NCBI GenBank assembly: GCA_951406725.2
Contig: OX597814.1
Coordinates: forward strand, 128,712,001 to 128,776,000
DNA: 64,000 bases
Reading direction: 5' to 3'
Origin: Octopus vulgaris
Taxonomy: Eukaryota
Positions 36,233 through 49,399 of this stretch are shown piece by piece; the first letter of the stretch is position 1; the number at the start of each line of letters is the position of its first letter. The translations under genes were made by a program, and so were the position numbers. The notes below the pieces were generated by a model. That model saw only the letters and a program-made list of their open reading frames with translations. It had not been told where the DNA came from and ran no database searches.

Positions 36233-36431
36233 TATGACCGGCCATATAATCAACCATTCTGTGAATATTATATATATGTATGTACCCCTCAAATTACTTT
36301 GGCCAGAAAATAAATTTCCCCAAACTAAGAATATCTTCCCTATCACAAGACTATTAAGAAGTCAGTTCTTAGTTTCAAGAGATTTAGAAGAATTTAACTG
36401 ATAAAATGTATCCAGAAATGAATCTGATGTA

Positions 36432-37704
36432 TCAGGTAATCCCATAAGTTCTGTCCGAATTTTGAATAAAGAAAACAAGTGATCAAATGTTATATTTAAT
36501 TAAAATTTAATCATCAATGGATTTTCCTTGATTATCTATGACTTCCTTCCATCTATTTACAAGCTTTTTAATCCCCTCAATGTAAAACTCTTTTGGTTTC
36601 GAAGCGAAGAACTCTGAAATGTCAGTTTCGACCTCCTCCTGACTTGCGAAAGTTATGTCCCCCAAATGATTCTGTAAACTACGAAACAAATAGTAGTCTG
36701 AAGGAGCAAGGTCGGGAGAATGAGGTGCATGAGGAATTTTTTCCCAACCAAGCTCTTCGATCTTCTGTGATATCTTTGCAGTGTGGGGTCATGCATTGTC
36801 CTGATGAAACATAACTCCTTTTCGATTCACTAAAGCAGGTATTTTTTCTTCAAAGCTTGGTTCAAACATTCTCATTGCTGACAATAGACTTGAGCATTGA
36901 TTGTTGAATTAGGTGGTAACAATTCAAAGTGAATTACTCCTTTGCAATCCCACCAGATAGAGAGAAGAACCTTTTTTCAATGAAGTTCCCTTCTCGGTTG
37001 TGGTTGAGTTTTTCCCTTTTACCAAGCCACTGTTTAACATTTCGATAGAAGATCCATTGTTCGTCACCAGTTACAAGTCTATCTAAAAACGGTGAAATGA
37101 GTTCGCGAGAAGGGAGAGAAGAGCAGATGTCAACTTGGGAATTGTGGTTGCTTTCGGAAAATTCATGAGACACCCATTTTCCAAGTTTAGGAACCTTTCA
37201 AAGTTGTTGGAGATGACGATGAAGAGTTGTATGGTTTAAGCTAAGCTTTATTGCCAATTCTTCAACTGATAATGCAGGATTTTCTTCAAGTAATGTCTCA
37301 AGGAGCTTATCATCAAACTCAACTGGACGTCCTGTTCGATCTTCATCTTGAAGGCTGAAATCTCCACTTCTGAATTTTGCAAACCATCTTCTGCAAGTTC
37401 TTTCATTCAAACATTCTTTCCCATAAACTGAGTGTATGTTTCGAGTCGCTTTGGCTACAGAGTTTCATTTTTTGTACTCATAAAGCATTATGTGCCTCAA
37501 ATTCTCTTTGTATAATTCATGTTAGAAATAGTTTTAATCAAAGAAATTTTAATTCTATTATTCTGTAAAATAATATTCAATTAGTTTAAATGTACACAAA
37601 TGCATAAAAACAATTTTAAATTCCATTAGATATTGTAAAATACTATTAAATTTTATTCAATTTTAAAAAAGGTAAAATCGGACAGAACTTATGGGATGAC
37701 CTTG
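36432..37704 (-). mobile_element. Full-length (1273 bp) mariner with disrupted transposase
   Basis: TIRs ..aggt(a/c)atcccataagttctgtccga with TA on both sides; fragments RRWFAKFRSGDFSL.DE.R.GRP, LVTGDEQWI and FRSLQNHL in different frames. Confidence 0.95.
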
Positions 37705-37707
37705 TAT

Positions 37708-38826
37708 TTGACAACAGAAACCACATCACCTTTATGCGGCTCGGCCGAATATGAGTTGCTCTGTTTTAATTAGGCAGTAGGATCCTCCTGGTCCGTACCA
37801 ATTCCGAATCGACTATCATCGCCGGCCGACCGTGAATTGCGCATCCCGATGCGACGACTGAACTCTGCAAGGACAGCCAAGCTTGTGAGCCCACGCCTAA
37901 TGATGAGCTCTAAGCCATGTAGTTATACGGCATCTCAGGCGTCGAACCGTGTTGTTCTCTCCTACTATACTCCGAGCGACTCGTATGAAGTCTCGCGCCG
38001 CCACACGACGAACGAACGCGTGTGGAGGTGTAGACGCCGTTGCGAGAGAAGGCTGCGCGCGGCCGGTCGATCCCGGTGGACCGAAGGTGACGGTTGGAAA
38101 GGTGCCCGGGATGCCAATTTCGAGCCAATGCTACAGCCCCGTATCCTGCCGCTTCGCGCGAAGACATGTTCCAGTATCCGGCGATGCGATTGGAGCGAAC
38201 GGCCATGCGTGTGCGCGTGATACACTGCTCGATCCACCCGTCCTCGGAGCCAATCCTTTTTCTGAAGATATGGATCCAGTTTACTGGCCTTATCTACACG
38301 AGGTTGTACACCTTAGATATCTACTGCGGACGGTGGGTACAGATCGACTCGAGAGCTGCGAACCCTACGCACCCAGGTTTTTCAGGCCTGCCAATGAGGC
38401 ACCAAAGCTGCCCGGGTTGCAGCACTTTATAGACACCATATCGGTATCTTCGGACGATCCGATTCTATGAATGAAGTTCTTTACGAAGAAGCGACTACTT
38501 TCCTCAGGGATCATGGTAACGTCTCCGCGTTCGCTTTCGTGCGGCTGCTTTTCCCTGTCACCGGTTTCAACGACGGATGCATAAGATGTGCACCGCGTTT
38601 CCGCCACCGGACGGGCACTCTCTGATTTCGGGTTCGGCAATATTAACCTGATTCCCGTTCAGTGTGAGGCCGGCCACGTTCGCGTATATTTTTTATTGTA
38701 CATGTTTTGATGACGGATCCGGCGCCTTTCGTGGAAGCTTCTTAGAACCGACTGACTCGTGCTTGACTGCCGTTGGCACGGAACTCTTCTTTACTTCGGT
38801 CTCCGAATGTCTTGTATGAACATTTC
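37708..38826 (-). pseudogene. Diverged 28S (LSU) rRNA fragment, roughly D7-D8 region
   Basis: GC-rich block; antisense to conserved LSU motifs in correct order (tgttttaatta..cagt.gg, gagccaatcctt, gggttcgg.aatattaacc.gattccc, cttag.accgactgac), with many core substitutions and deletions. Confidence 0.88.
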
Positions 38827-39220
38827 CTCTTTCTTTCTCTTGTCACCCAGCCTTGTCAAGTTTCTAAAGCGAAGGAGGAGGTATAGAAAAGCGTGTGAAA
38901 AAGAAGGAAAGTGACAAGTATTTAAGATCAAACAACTCAAATATAGATATTATCATTGGTTATCGAACGATTCATTAATAGGCTACGGGGCTTATTTCAT
39001 TCTATATACACAATTTATTTGTAGTTTTGTATTTTTGTGAGCATAAGTGTGTGTGCCATGTGTTAGGCATAGACAAATATATCTACATAAATCTAGACTT
39101 ATATTTATGTGTTGTGTGTTAGCTATGAGCATATATATACGTTGGTTAATATGTTTGCATAGTGTAATCAGATAACAGACGAACAGAATTCTGTATGTGT
39201 ATGTATGTATATGTGTGATG

Positions 39221-39252
<32 letters not shown>

Positions 39253-40287
39253 TGTATGTATGTATGTATGTATGTATGTATGTATGTATGTATGTATGTA
39301 TGTATGTATATGTGCTTTTCGAGTTTAATCGGTAGACTTCTTGCAGTCTTTTCTCTCTTTCTCTAATCGATTTTCTTTATTACTGCAACGCACACGTTTT
39401 CTTTCTTTCTTTCTTTCATTTTTAAAAAGCTTTATCTCTTCTTCCTCCTCTTCTTCCTCTTCCTCCTCCACCTCCTCCTCTTCCCCCTTCCCTACCCCTC
39501 CTCCCTTCACTTCTGCGGTTGCTCATTATAGATATACAAGTGCAATGACTTACACTCATGGACGGAATTCAAATTTATAAGAGACTAGCTTAAAAGCCGC
39601 ACTCCGTGCGGACTTTTAAGCTAGCTCCTGCGGAAGTTCAATTGGACCTGCGGTTCAAAACTAAACGGAGCTGAATATCATGACTATAATACGTCTATAA
39701 TGACTAATTTCCACGGTGGTGTTTGATCAGAGGTTAAGGACGGATGAGAATTAATTCTGTAAGGCAATCATTCTATTGTTCCAGTCCCAAGTTGAATTCC
39801 AACTGTTGCCCAATTTGTCCCAAAGTTCTTATCTCAATGTAAAATTTACGAAGCGAATGTCATTTATCTCCCCCTTGCTCTCTGATGTCATCTGACAAAC
39901 GTCAACTAAGATGGCGTGAATCAGCCAAATTTTACCTGCTAGAAATAGCGACCCAAATGCTCTTAAATCAGATCCCAGTACTGTATGTTCAAGAACCAAA
40001 TGAAGGGCAGATTTTCAATCCCGAGACCATTCTGATTCCAAAAAGATATAATATGTCTATGTAGAGCAAATGTAACCTGAGATACAGGGATCCCAGACAG
40101 ATAGAATTTCACTTTTATGACGGAATTCTGGACAGTTCAACCAACCAAATTCTACACATTATATAGTAATCAACCCGATATCATAGTAGATCTTTGCCCA
40201 AGATGCTGGCAGTGACCTTGAATTCGATGTCACATGGCTGCGAAGCGAACTTAACAACATCGTCATGTCTGATACACATACGCACAT

Positions 40288-42084
40288 ACTGAAAAGTATG
40301 AAATTTTCACGAGGAATTTAATTTAGCGAAATTCGCGAGGCCGACATATTCACGAAAATAAATTCCGCGAAATTTAATTCCAAAAGGTAATAAGTTTCAG
40401 TCATTTTCATAAAAATTTATGGGAAGAAACCTAAGGCAAGAAAATCAAGTTCTTTGTTATATGTTTATTTCAAATGAAAAGTGTACAAAAATGAACGATT
40501 AATCAGTTAGAATTACGGCATTCAATGAAATCATCTTTTTTGTTTTGAACAAAATTAAGTATACCTGTGTCATTCCAACCTTGCAGCAAAATATTTTTTT
40601 GTTTAGATGAACAATCAAATGATGACAAAACCCATTTAACATGTAATGGTTTTACAATTGAGAGTTTTAGATCAACATTAACATTATGTACAGATTTACC
40701 GGAATTTAACTGTGAAGTAACTTCATCTGCATACCATGAAGTGAATTTTTGTTTTAATTGTTGTTTGTGAAAATGATTACCACTAATATAAAGATGTTGA
40801 AGTTCGCTTGTATATGAAGCAAGAATGTAAAAAAAAAATTCAAGTCCTTGCGACTTGAGTACAGGCTTGACAGTTTCTGTCTGGTGAACTTTGAAAATAT
40901 CTAAAAGGACTAGATCTTTCTGTGCGAGTGGGAGGTTGAGTTTTTCTCGTTGATCTTCGAAGTATAGACCAAGAATGTTCTCAATGTAGATGACCGTAGT
41001 GTGTACAGTAGTCCAGTGATTTTTAGAATGAGTAATATTCCAATCTTTGGTGAATTTGAATGAAGAATGACGAGAGTCTGTCTTCCTTTGGTAGATGAGT
41101 TGCGGGGGTAAAAATGTTCCAGTTGCTGACATTCCGAGTACTGCAGTTATCTGGCGTTTGTTGTTGGCTCCGTGTATTTGTACTTGTTTGGCGCCTTGCT
41201 GCTCCATAGTCCAATCTTTGACGGGGATGATAGGAAGACCAAAGTTGACGATCATAGATGGGGCGATTTTATGTTTTTCAACGACAGTCTGTACACGACC
41301 AAGGAAGTCATCTTTAATGTTTTCGAAGTTTGATGGTAGGGTTTTTGCGAATTTGGTGCCTTTGCATTTGACGAAGCCCATGCGCTTTAGTATGAATTTA
41401 GTCCCTGAATCGGAGATGTCGCTGGGGCCACCGTATTCTTTGAGTTGAATGCGGTCTTGATTTTTCACGATGCCGAGAGCTGAAGCCATCACAATAGGCT
41501 TCAACAGAAAAACTATGGAACCACTATTACGAAGACTCTTGATATGATGTATTACATGATTGTCGAGATCTTCGCCCAGAAGTGGTGGTCTGCTGCGTTT
41601 TGCTGGTGGTAACTCAAACACATCGTAAATGTTTTTAGCAGACTTAAATTCATTTTTCAATTTCTTGACGTAACCATGAATAGTAGATTCAGATAGAGGC
41701 CAATTGACACACACGGTAAACGCGGTCTTTGATGTATAGATTATAAAATTTAGAAATCTGCTATGAAAATTCAGAAAGTTTACATTGCCTGGTATCATAA
41801 TACATGAAGGAAAACACAGCAAGTGACGCAGTCACTGAATTGTATCGCAGTAATTCAACACGAACAGTGAATAGGTACAGATCACTGATCGTACGTAACA
41901 TTTACTATGTCAACATATAATTTTACTTGAAAGATAACTGCTTGACAAGTGTTGAAAAAGAGAGATATTATTTACCTAGATTTAATAAAATAAACATTCC
42001 AAAACATTTTCAAGCATGTGTATTCGTGAATTTGTCTCTAAGTTCCAATTCGTGAAATTTTGTTCCTGTGAAATTTAACTACGT

Positions 42085-42088
<4 letters not shown>
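40288..42088 (-). mobile_element. pogo/Tigger-type DNA transposon relic
   Basis: Transposase ORF flanked by clusters of ttcRcgaaa/gaaatttaa motifs at ~40295-40380 and ~42020-42080; ends approximate. Confidence 0.7.
40503..41822 (-). CDS. pogo-like DDE_1 transposase ORF (439 aa), probably catalytically dead
   Basis: CENP-B-like N-terminal region; KRQITAVL, LPPQLIY, HSKNHW, LLDIF; expected NxDxT and QPLD motifs read NFG and QHLY. Confidence 0.75.
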   Translation of the reverse strand: MLCFPSCIMIPGNVNFLNFHSRFLNFIIYTSKTAFTVCVNWPLSESTIHGYVKKLKNEFKSAKNIYDVFELPPAKRSRPPLLGEDLDNHVIHHIKSLRNSGSIVFLLKPIVMASALGIVKNQDRIQLKEYGGPSDISDSGTKFILKRMGFVKCKGTKFAKTLPSNFENIKDDFLGRVQTVVEKHKIAPSMIVNFGLPIIPVKDWTMEQQGAKQVQIHGANNKRQITAVLGMSATGTFLPPQLIYQRKTDSRHSSFKFTKDWNITHSKNHWTTVHTTVIYIENILGLYFEDQREKLNLPLAQKDLVLLDIFKVHQTETVKPVLKSQGLEFFFYILASYTSELQHLYISGNHFHKQQLKQKFTSWYADEVTSQLNSGKSVHNVNVDLKLSIVKPLHVKWVLSSFDCSSKQKNILLQGWNDTGILNFVQNKKDDFIECRNSN

Positions 42089-42581
<493 letters not shown>

Positions 42582-42599
42582 GTGTGTGTTTGTGTGTTA

Positions 42600-42800
42600 A
42601 GGTGAGCTGGCAGAATCTTTAGCGTGCCGGGCAAAATACTGACAGGCCGTTCGTCCGTCTTTACGTTCCGAGTACAAAATCCACCGTAGTCGACTTTGCC
42701 TTCCGGTGTCGATGAAATGGGTACCAGTTAAGCGCTGGGGTCGATATAATCGACTTAGCCCCTTCCCCGAAATTGCCTTGTACCAAAATTTAAACACCAA
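42600..42800 (+). mobile_element. SINE family B, alternative-tail subfamily
   Basis: ggtgagctggcagaatc head and central domain. Confidence 0.75.
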
Positions 42801-43524
42801 TGTATATGTGTGTGAGGGAAAGGGAGTGTGTGTGTGACTGCTAATCTGCCTCTGTGTGTGTGTGTGTGCTTGAATGGAATTGATATACATGCAGTCCTTC
42901 ATATAACCGTAAATATTTTAATACCAGCTTAACAAACATGGAAATCACTCCGTTTTCGGTTACAAAAGCGCTACTTGAATGAAAGGAATTTGGTCAGACA
43001 CACCCAACTAATGTCATTTCAGTTGTTGAGGATCTCGTCAGTTCTATTCTAGTTTTCTATTCCATTCTCAGTTGCTATTTTCCCCTCACTTCAATGAAAT
43101 AACTTTATACTTTCATCCAAAAAGATAATTTATTTTTCATTTAATTATTCAATTATTTTTTGTTCTTACTGCAACAGACAGATTGTGGGTAATTTGAAAA
43201 CAAAGTGGAAAAAAATATATAGTTTTTTCACATAGACACAAAATATATCAAGTTTTTTTTTTCTTCTTAAGGTCGGCGGAATGAATCTGGGTGAATGCTT
43301 AGGAATAGAGTCAGTGCATTAATGATGTAAGGGGAACGAAATAACTACAGCTGTCATTTAATACTGGATTGTGCGTTCCGTCTGTCGACAGCTTACCTCC
43401 ATAGTTCTTGCAACAGGAAAGTATTTCAAAGAATAGTTTACACGCGCGCACAGAGGGGGGGGGGGGGAGTGATAGAGAAATAAAGAGAGAAAGAAAGAAA
43501 GAGAAAGTGAGAGAGATCTTTTAT

Positions 43525-43880
43525 ATTTTACTTGTTTCCGTCACCGTTTTGTGGCCATGCTGGGGCATCGCCTGCAAGGGTTTATTAGTCAAATAAATCG
43601 GCACTCGTACTTACTTTTTTTTTTTTTTTGAAGTCTGATATTTATTTTATCCAGCTCTTAAACCGAACAGCTAAGTTACAGAGTTATAGGGACGTAATCA
43701 AACCAATACTAGTTGCCAAGCGGAGATGGGGAAGTAGGGTGAGAAGGATAAGCGGACACAAAAACTCAGAAATACACACCCCCACACACACACACATCAC
43801 GCACATGCATATATGCATATACACCAGAGACTTCCACACAGTTTCAGTCTATGAAATTGACTCACTAGGCATTGGTAAGC
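43525..43880 (-). mobile_element. SINE family A, degenerate
   Basis: Similar to 2290-2590. Confidence 0.6.
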
Positions 43881-44447
43881 TCTAAGATGGGAATCTTTTA
43901 ATGAAAATTTATACAAATCCCTTTCAAACGGCATAGATTATGATTATAAAGAAATTAGTGGGGAACATATTTTCGGGGTTTTCCCCATTTTTTTTAAAAA
44001 CCAAAGCCTTCGAAATGATGGGGTTGAAGGGGGCATGTTTGTATGAAAAATGTTTTGAAAACTCTTTTTTACAGCCCCTCCCTTCAGGTCTATTTTGGCC
44101 AATTTTTTTTGCACTTCAAAACCACGAAGAGAGCATTTACGGTAAAAAAAAAATTAAAATTAATATTTTCAGAGGGAAAAGTGATTTAAGGGCGATTTGG
44201 CTATTGTTTCTAGCACATCCATCCAAAGACAACCCTCCTCGTTTCTTTATCACTCTCGCATGTATTGATGTTTTTCAATATTTTTTCCCCATAAATAAAT
44301 TTATATGCTATAAAAAAGAAAACTTGAGAACTTGTGAATTTTTTATAACTCCACTCCCTGCCCCCGATTGATTCTGTTTAGAAATTAAAATATTGGAGAG
44401 TCAGAGAAGGTCATTGCTGGCATTTATCCACAGTGATTTAAAAACAT

Positions 44448-44675
44448 TACGGAGATGTACTTGCGTAGCAAGTGACTAGATCTGAGATCGTGTGTTGAAA
44501 CAAAAACAATTGTAGCGTGAAAGATGTTTGTAAACCATTCAAGAACACACAAATACCGCAAGTTTCACTTCAATATTAAAACTTCATCTGTGTCAAAATA
44601 TTTTCGTCGCTTTGAAACCGCGACCTGTTCACTGATACAAAAGTGATGCAACACGAAGTTTTGTCAGTGAATAGC
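44448..44675. mobile_element. MITE fragment, same family as 7015-7258
   Basis: tacggagatgtacttgc..agcaagtgac terminus is the reverse complement of 7225-7258. Confidence 0.7.
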
Positions 44676-47258
44676 ACACACAGATACGCGCGCGTATGCA
44701 CGCGCACGCACGCACACATTCATTGCCTTTCATTTGTGTGTATGTGTATCTATGTGTGTGCGCGAATGTATATTGGTGTATGTGTGTGTGTGTCACTGTT
44801 GAAGTTGTGTTTGGAAACTGAGTAAGGTGCAAGTTTCGAGTACTTGTCGGTAACATTTTGTTTTTTTCTTCTCGTCTTCTAATCGTAATTACCCAACTTT
44901 CTAGGCTCTTCTCAGAGCTATCACGCGTTCAAAAATTATACGGGTATCTTTAAAAAAATTCATTCAATAAATAATGTTTTTACATTACGCATACATTAAT
45001 AGCGAATTAAAACTTAAAAGAGAAAGTGAGAGACTTTGCAAATGAAAACGGAATACTCCGCAGTGAATGCAATGAATATTTAAATTTGTGATGAATTGGA
45101 CGCAGAGAATATTTAAATTTGCGAGAAATTGGAGTTTAAAAAATTCAATGAACTTGAGAAATCGAAATCATAGGGAATTTCTTAGAACATGAATTTATAA
45201 AAATATTTCCAGACGGTCAACCCTTTAATAATTGCTTTCTTTTAACACCTTTAGTAATTGTTACATACCTAAGTAATAAGCAGCTTTCTCCATTATAGTA
45301 TAGATGCAAACACTAGAGTCTTGATGTGCTTCTGGGTATCATATTTGGGACGGCTGCTACATACATAAATATCCTGAGCCTCACCAAAAAACGAGGTCAT
45401 TTGGTTGATTGACAATGACTTACTCACCAATACCTTATATATAATGATTATAACTGATGTCCTAGTCTGATGAATATACAAGATGCTTCTCTGGCTTTGC
45501 AAGTTGACAGAAAAATGGTGGCTCTTATTCTTCTCGTATATTTCCATTCAAGTGTTTCAAGATTATTAAATCGACTCCAGTATTCGACTAGGATTCCATT
45601 TTATTGAACCCAGAATTAAGAAAGACAAAAATTCAACATCATTAAGATTCAAACTCGGAACGTATGTTACCCCAACGAAATACTGCTGGCATTTTGCCGA
45701 CTCTAATGATTCTGTCAAACCACTTGATTTTGAGTGAAATAAGATCTCACTATAATTTATGCACCCTAGGCATGGTCTAGCGGTTAATGTTTTTCACTCA
45801 CGATCTTCGGACCTTGGGTCTGATTTCTGGACAGTGTGGTGCTTTATCTCCATAAGTAGTACTTCCTTTCGTATTGCTTCCATCTACTCAACTGAAAATT
45901 AGTACTAGTTGGAGTACTGGAGTAGCCCTCTCTCCTTCCAGCTGTTACATCACCGGTGTTCTACTAGGTCAAGTGTGAGAGAGTCAAGAAGGTGTCTATA
46001 TTTGTTCATGACTGCATAGGTACCTAAAACAATTAGCGAAAGGATAGTACATGACACTGTCATACTCGCACGCCAGTGACGGATATGTTTTTTTAAAATA
46101 TAATTTATGAATGTGTATTTGTTGTTGTAGCCCCAAGTCAGACAGTTCTAGCCGTGACCATCCCAACTTGCTTTAAGTCTCTAATACTACTTTATCTAAT
46201 GTAAGATTTAAAGGAGATTTCGCTGCTATTATTAACGGGTCAAGCGACAGAATACAACCTCCGTTGCTTGCTCGAGTGAGCTGGATATACGACACTGGTT
46301 CGATTTCCAGTTGAATATTCTGTCTCCTTCAGTTACATTTTAAAAGCATAATCAATGGGTAATCTGAAGAACCATGTCACCCGCTAAAGTGCATGAAAAT
46401 AATTGACAGAACCTTTAGATCGTCTAAATAAATGCTTTGCCAATCAAGATAGAATGTTTTACGGTGAAAGACGATGGTAGGATGGGGAAAAGGCCACCTT
46501 TATTTTTCAGACTTCCATCTTTTCGAGGTCGAAAACTAAAGTACCAGTCAGACACCGCGGCAGGATTTTCCTTCCCTATCTCTCATAATCTCTCCGTCTT
46601 TCCTCCGTTAAGCACACACACACACACAGTCTCTCTCTCTCTCTCTCCTCTTCCCACTCAGAATTTTTGCTAATTATTATTTTTAATTTGATTTTAAACA
46701 TGTAATGTAGTTAATAGTAATAAGATAAAAAAAGAAGTTGACACATTAACAACGAAAAGTTGGATGAACGTGACGATAAGTCATTCTTCTTCGATTCATC
46801 GATTTATTGTTAAAAGCTTGGAACGGACACGACATTCCACTGATGAACAAGTGATTAGCGTCATAAAATTCTGTTTCTGCAGTAGTTTGATTGGACAAGC
46901 ACACAGCTATATGTAAACCATATATATTTTTGTGTTATGCACATATTTCTGACGCTTGTTCAATCTGAAGTTATGTCTGTTCGATGCATTCATATGTTGA
47001 AAAGGGTGTGATAATATATTTTGTCACTGTGAAAGAATTGTATTCATACATACGATGCGTAATATACACTGGAGAATACTTTTTGTACAAGTTTAAGTAA
47101 TGAAAATAAAATTTAAATAGTTTGCTTAAATATTCCTCTGTAAATTGACACATACGGAATTTCTATATTAAAAATTAAAATTAAATCCATGATAATTAAG
47201 AGCTCAATTAACACGAGGTCGTTAAACATAAAGGCGTCATTACATAGCAGTAAATTTG

Positions 47259-48084
47259 AGTGGAACTGACTCGCATGTGCATACATAATCGGCTAAAACG
47301 ACCTTTAAGAAGAACATAAGTAGAAAAGCATAAAAACTGCCTTTCCATCTCCGTGTGGTTCATCTTGGTAGCGCCCAACATTAGGGGCCAAATATATCCA
47401 TAAACCAAAAAAAAAAAAAAAAAAAAGGTAATTGATAAGTTCAGGCTGTTTGGTCATGTTGCTCAATTTTGGATCCTGCGTCTCGTGTTTTCTTCACTGA
47501 GGATCCGGCTGGGGTGACGGCTCGTGCTGGTCGGTCACATGCCACATGGTCACAACGGACGAGGAAGTAACTTGCAGAGATGAGAACTAACTGGGACACA
47601 ACTGGGAGGGTTGTTCAGAATGATCCGAGCAAATATTAAAAAATGGTGGATGCAGCGACGCGCTGCAATTGTGCATGGCCCCTACATCTGACCTGACCAC
47701 GGAAATTATTACAAATTGTTAAACGGCAACACATCATTACGATGTTGTCCAAGTGGGACCGACTTACATTGCTCATCATAATCGTTTTAGCTGACATACA
47801 AATCGGTCCCATTAGGATTTACTGCAATGCAACCATGCGATGGCATTTAACAACCCATTATTAATTGATCTATTAATTAATGTAGATTTATTTTTTGAAG
47901 CTGATGCATCAATTCCCTATATAGTTATTTGCTCCCTTATGTTGAGCGTCACCGAGATAAACCACATCGAGATGGAAAGTCAGTGTTTATGCTTTCTGCT
48001 TTTATTCAAAACATGCAAATCGTCGTTAAACAAAGCAATGTTCAACAAACATGCGATGTTGGTATCGACCAATTCAGTTCCACT
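47259..48084. mobile_element. Old element with long imperfect inverted repeats (foldback or non-autonomous DNA transposon)
   Basis: 47322-47394 matches the reverse complement of 47926-47997; agtggaactga / tcagttccact further out. Confidence 0.65.
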
Positions 48085-48386
48085 GACCTATGAATTACGT
48101 GTAAAAACAGTCACTAATTGAAGGCAAGTGTTTTGAAAGTACATGTACGTCAATTGATAGGTGACATTTTCCTTTATATCGACCGAAGATGCTGGAAAAT
48201 GGAGACTTGTAAAAGAAAATGGATACTTGTAATAGTACATATGTACTAATAGTGTACCTAGAAGAAAATCGGTGTGCCTGTGTGTGTTGCACATTTGTGC
48301 ATGTGTGTGAGAATGTATCTTGTGTATTTGTGTGCATGATTGAAATAGACACACACACACACTCGCAGACGCATAGAGAGCGAGAG

Positions 48387-48441
<55 letters not shown>

Positions 48442-48647
48442 CGAACGATGACACCAGATTCAATTTACCTTTTGTTAAAATGGCCGCTATTCTGCTATAG
48501 CACATACTTCATTGAATTGAAATGTGGTTTAACACGAGTTGTTTATCATGCGATGTTCTACCGTCTTTGGTTTCTATTCAGGCTTATAGTCATTCCAATT
48601 CGATAAAGGCGTACGGAGAAGTATAGAAGCCAGAGCTTTTTCCTTTC

Positions 48648-48683
<36 letters not shown>

Positions 48684-49242
48684 TTTCTCTCTCTCTCAAT
48701 TTTCCCTCCCCTTTTCAGTCTATTTTTGTGTGCGTGCGTATATATATATATATACACATGCCTACATACATACATGCGTACGTACATACGTACACCACAC
48801 ACACACACTGAACAAAATCAAGAAAAACAACAAGAGAGACAAGTTTTGACAAAAGAGTTATTAGTATAATGCTTGGCAGGAAAGAGAAAGAGTTTTTAAC
48901 GTTTTGGATATTAGTCCTTTATCCAAAAAGAAAAGAAAGGAGGAAAGGTGGTGGAAGGGAAGAAAGCGAGCTCGCATACACACATACGCATGCTAAAATC
49001 ATTTCGACATTGACGTCAATGTTACATAATGTAATGTTATACTGAAGAAGATAGAGGAGACAATACGGATGTGGAACAGTGATTGAAGTATGTTTCTAAA
49101 TGGCTTTATGCCAATCCGTTAGGTGTCCTCTCCTGGATGTGATCTAGGATCGGTGTATATCAACATTAGCATCCCAAGTGGCGTGTACCCGTGGAACTCA
49201 TAGGCAGTACTTTCAACAGGAGGTTTGCATGTCAGACGCGAC

Positions 49243-49313
<71 letters not shown>

Positions 49314-49399
49314 CCACACTACATTATCGGATGACGTATGCTAGAGTGAATGTACATCTAGTGTACTTGGAAATGTTTTGCAATGTTGTAAGTTGACTA

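Noticed and set aside
36345-36430. Continuation of 28S (R2 target region) left of the mariner
   Set aside because: Only weak AT-rich resemblance, with wrong spacing.
37837-38640. GC-rich ORFs up to 173 aa suggesting a gene or CpG island
   Set aside because: Explained by the 28S rRNA-derived sequence.
48885-48930. Possible minus-strand hammerhead similar to 34921
   Set aside because: The core is too decayed (no CUGANGA or GAAA) to call.
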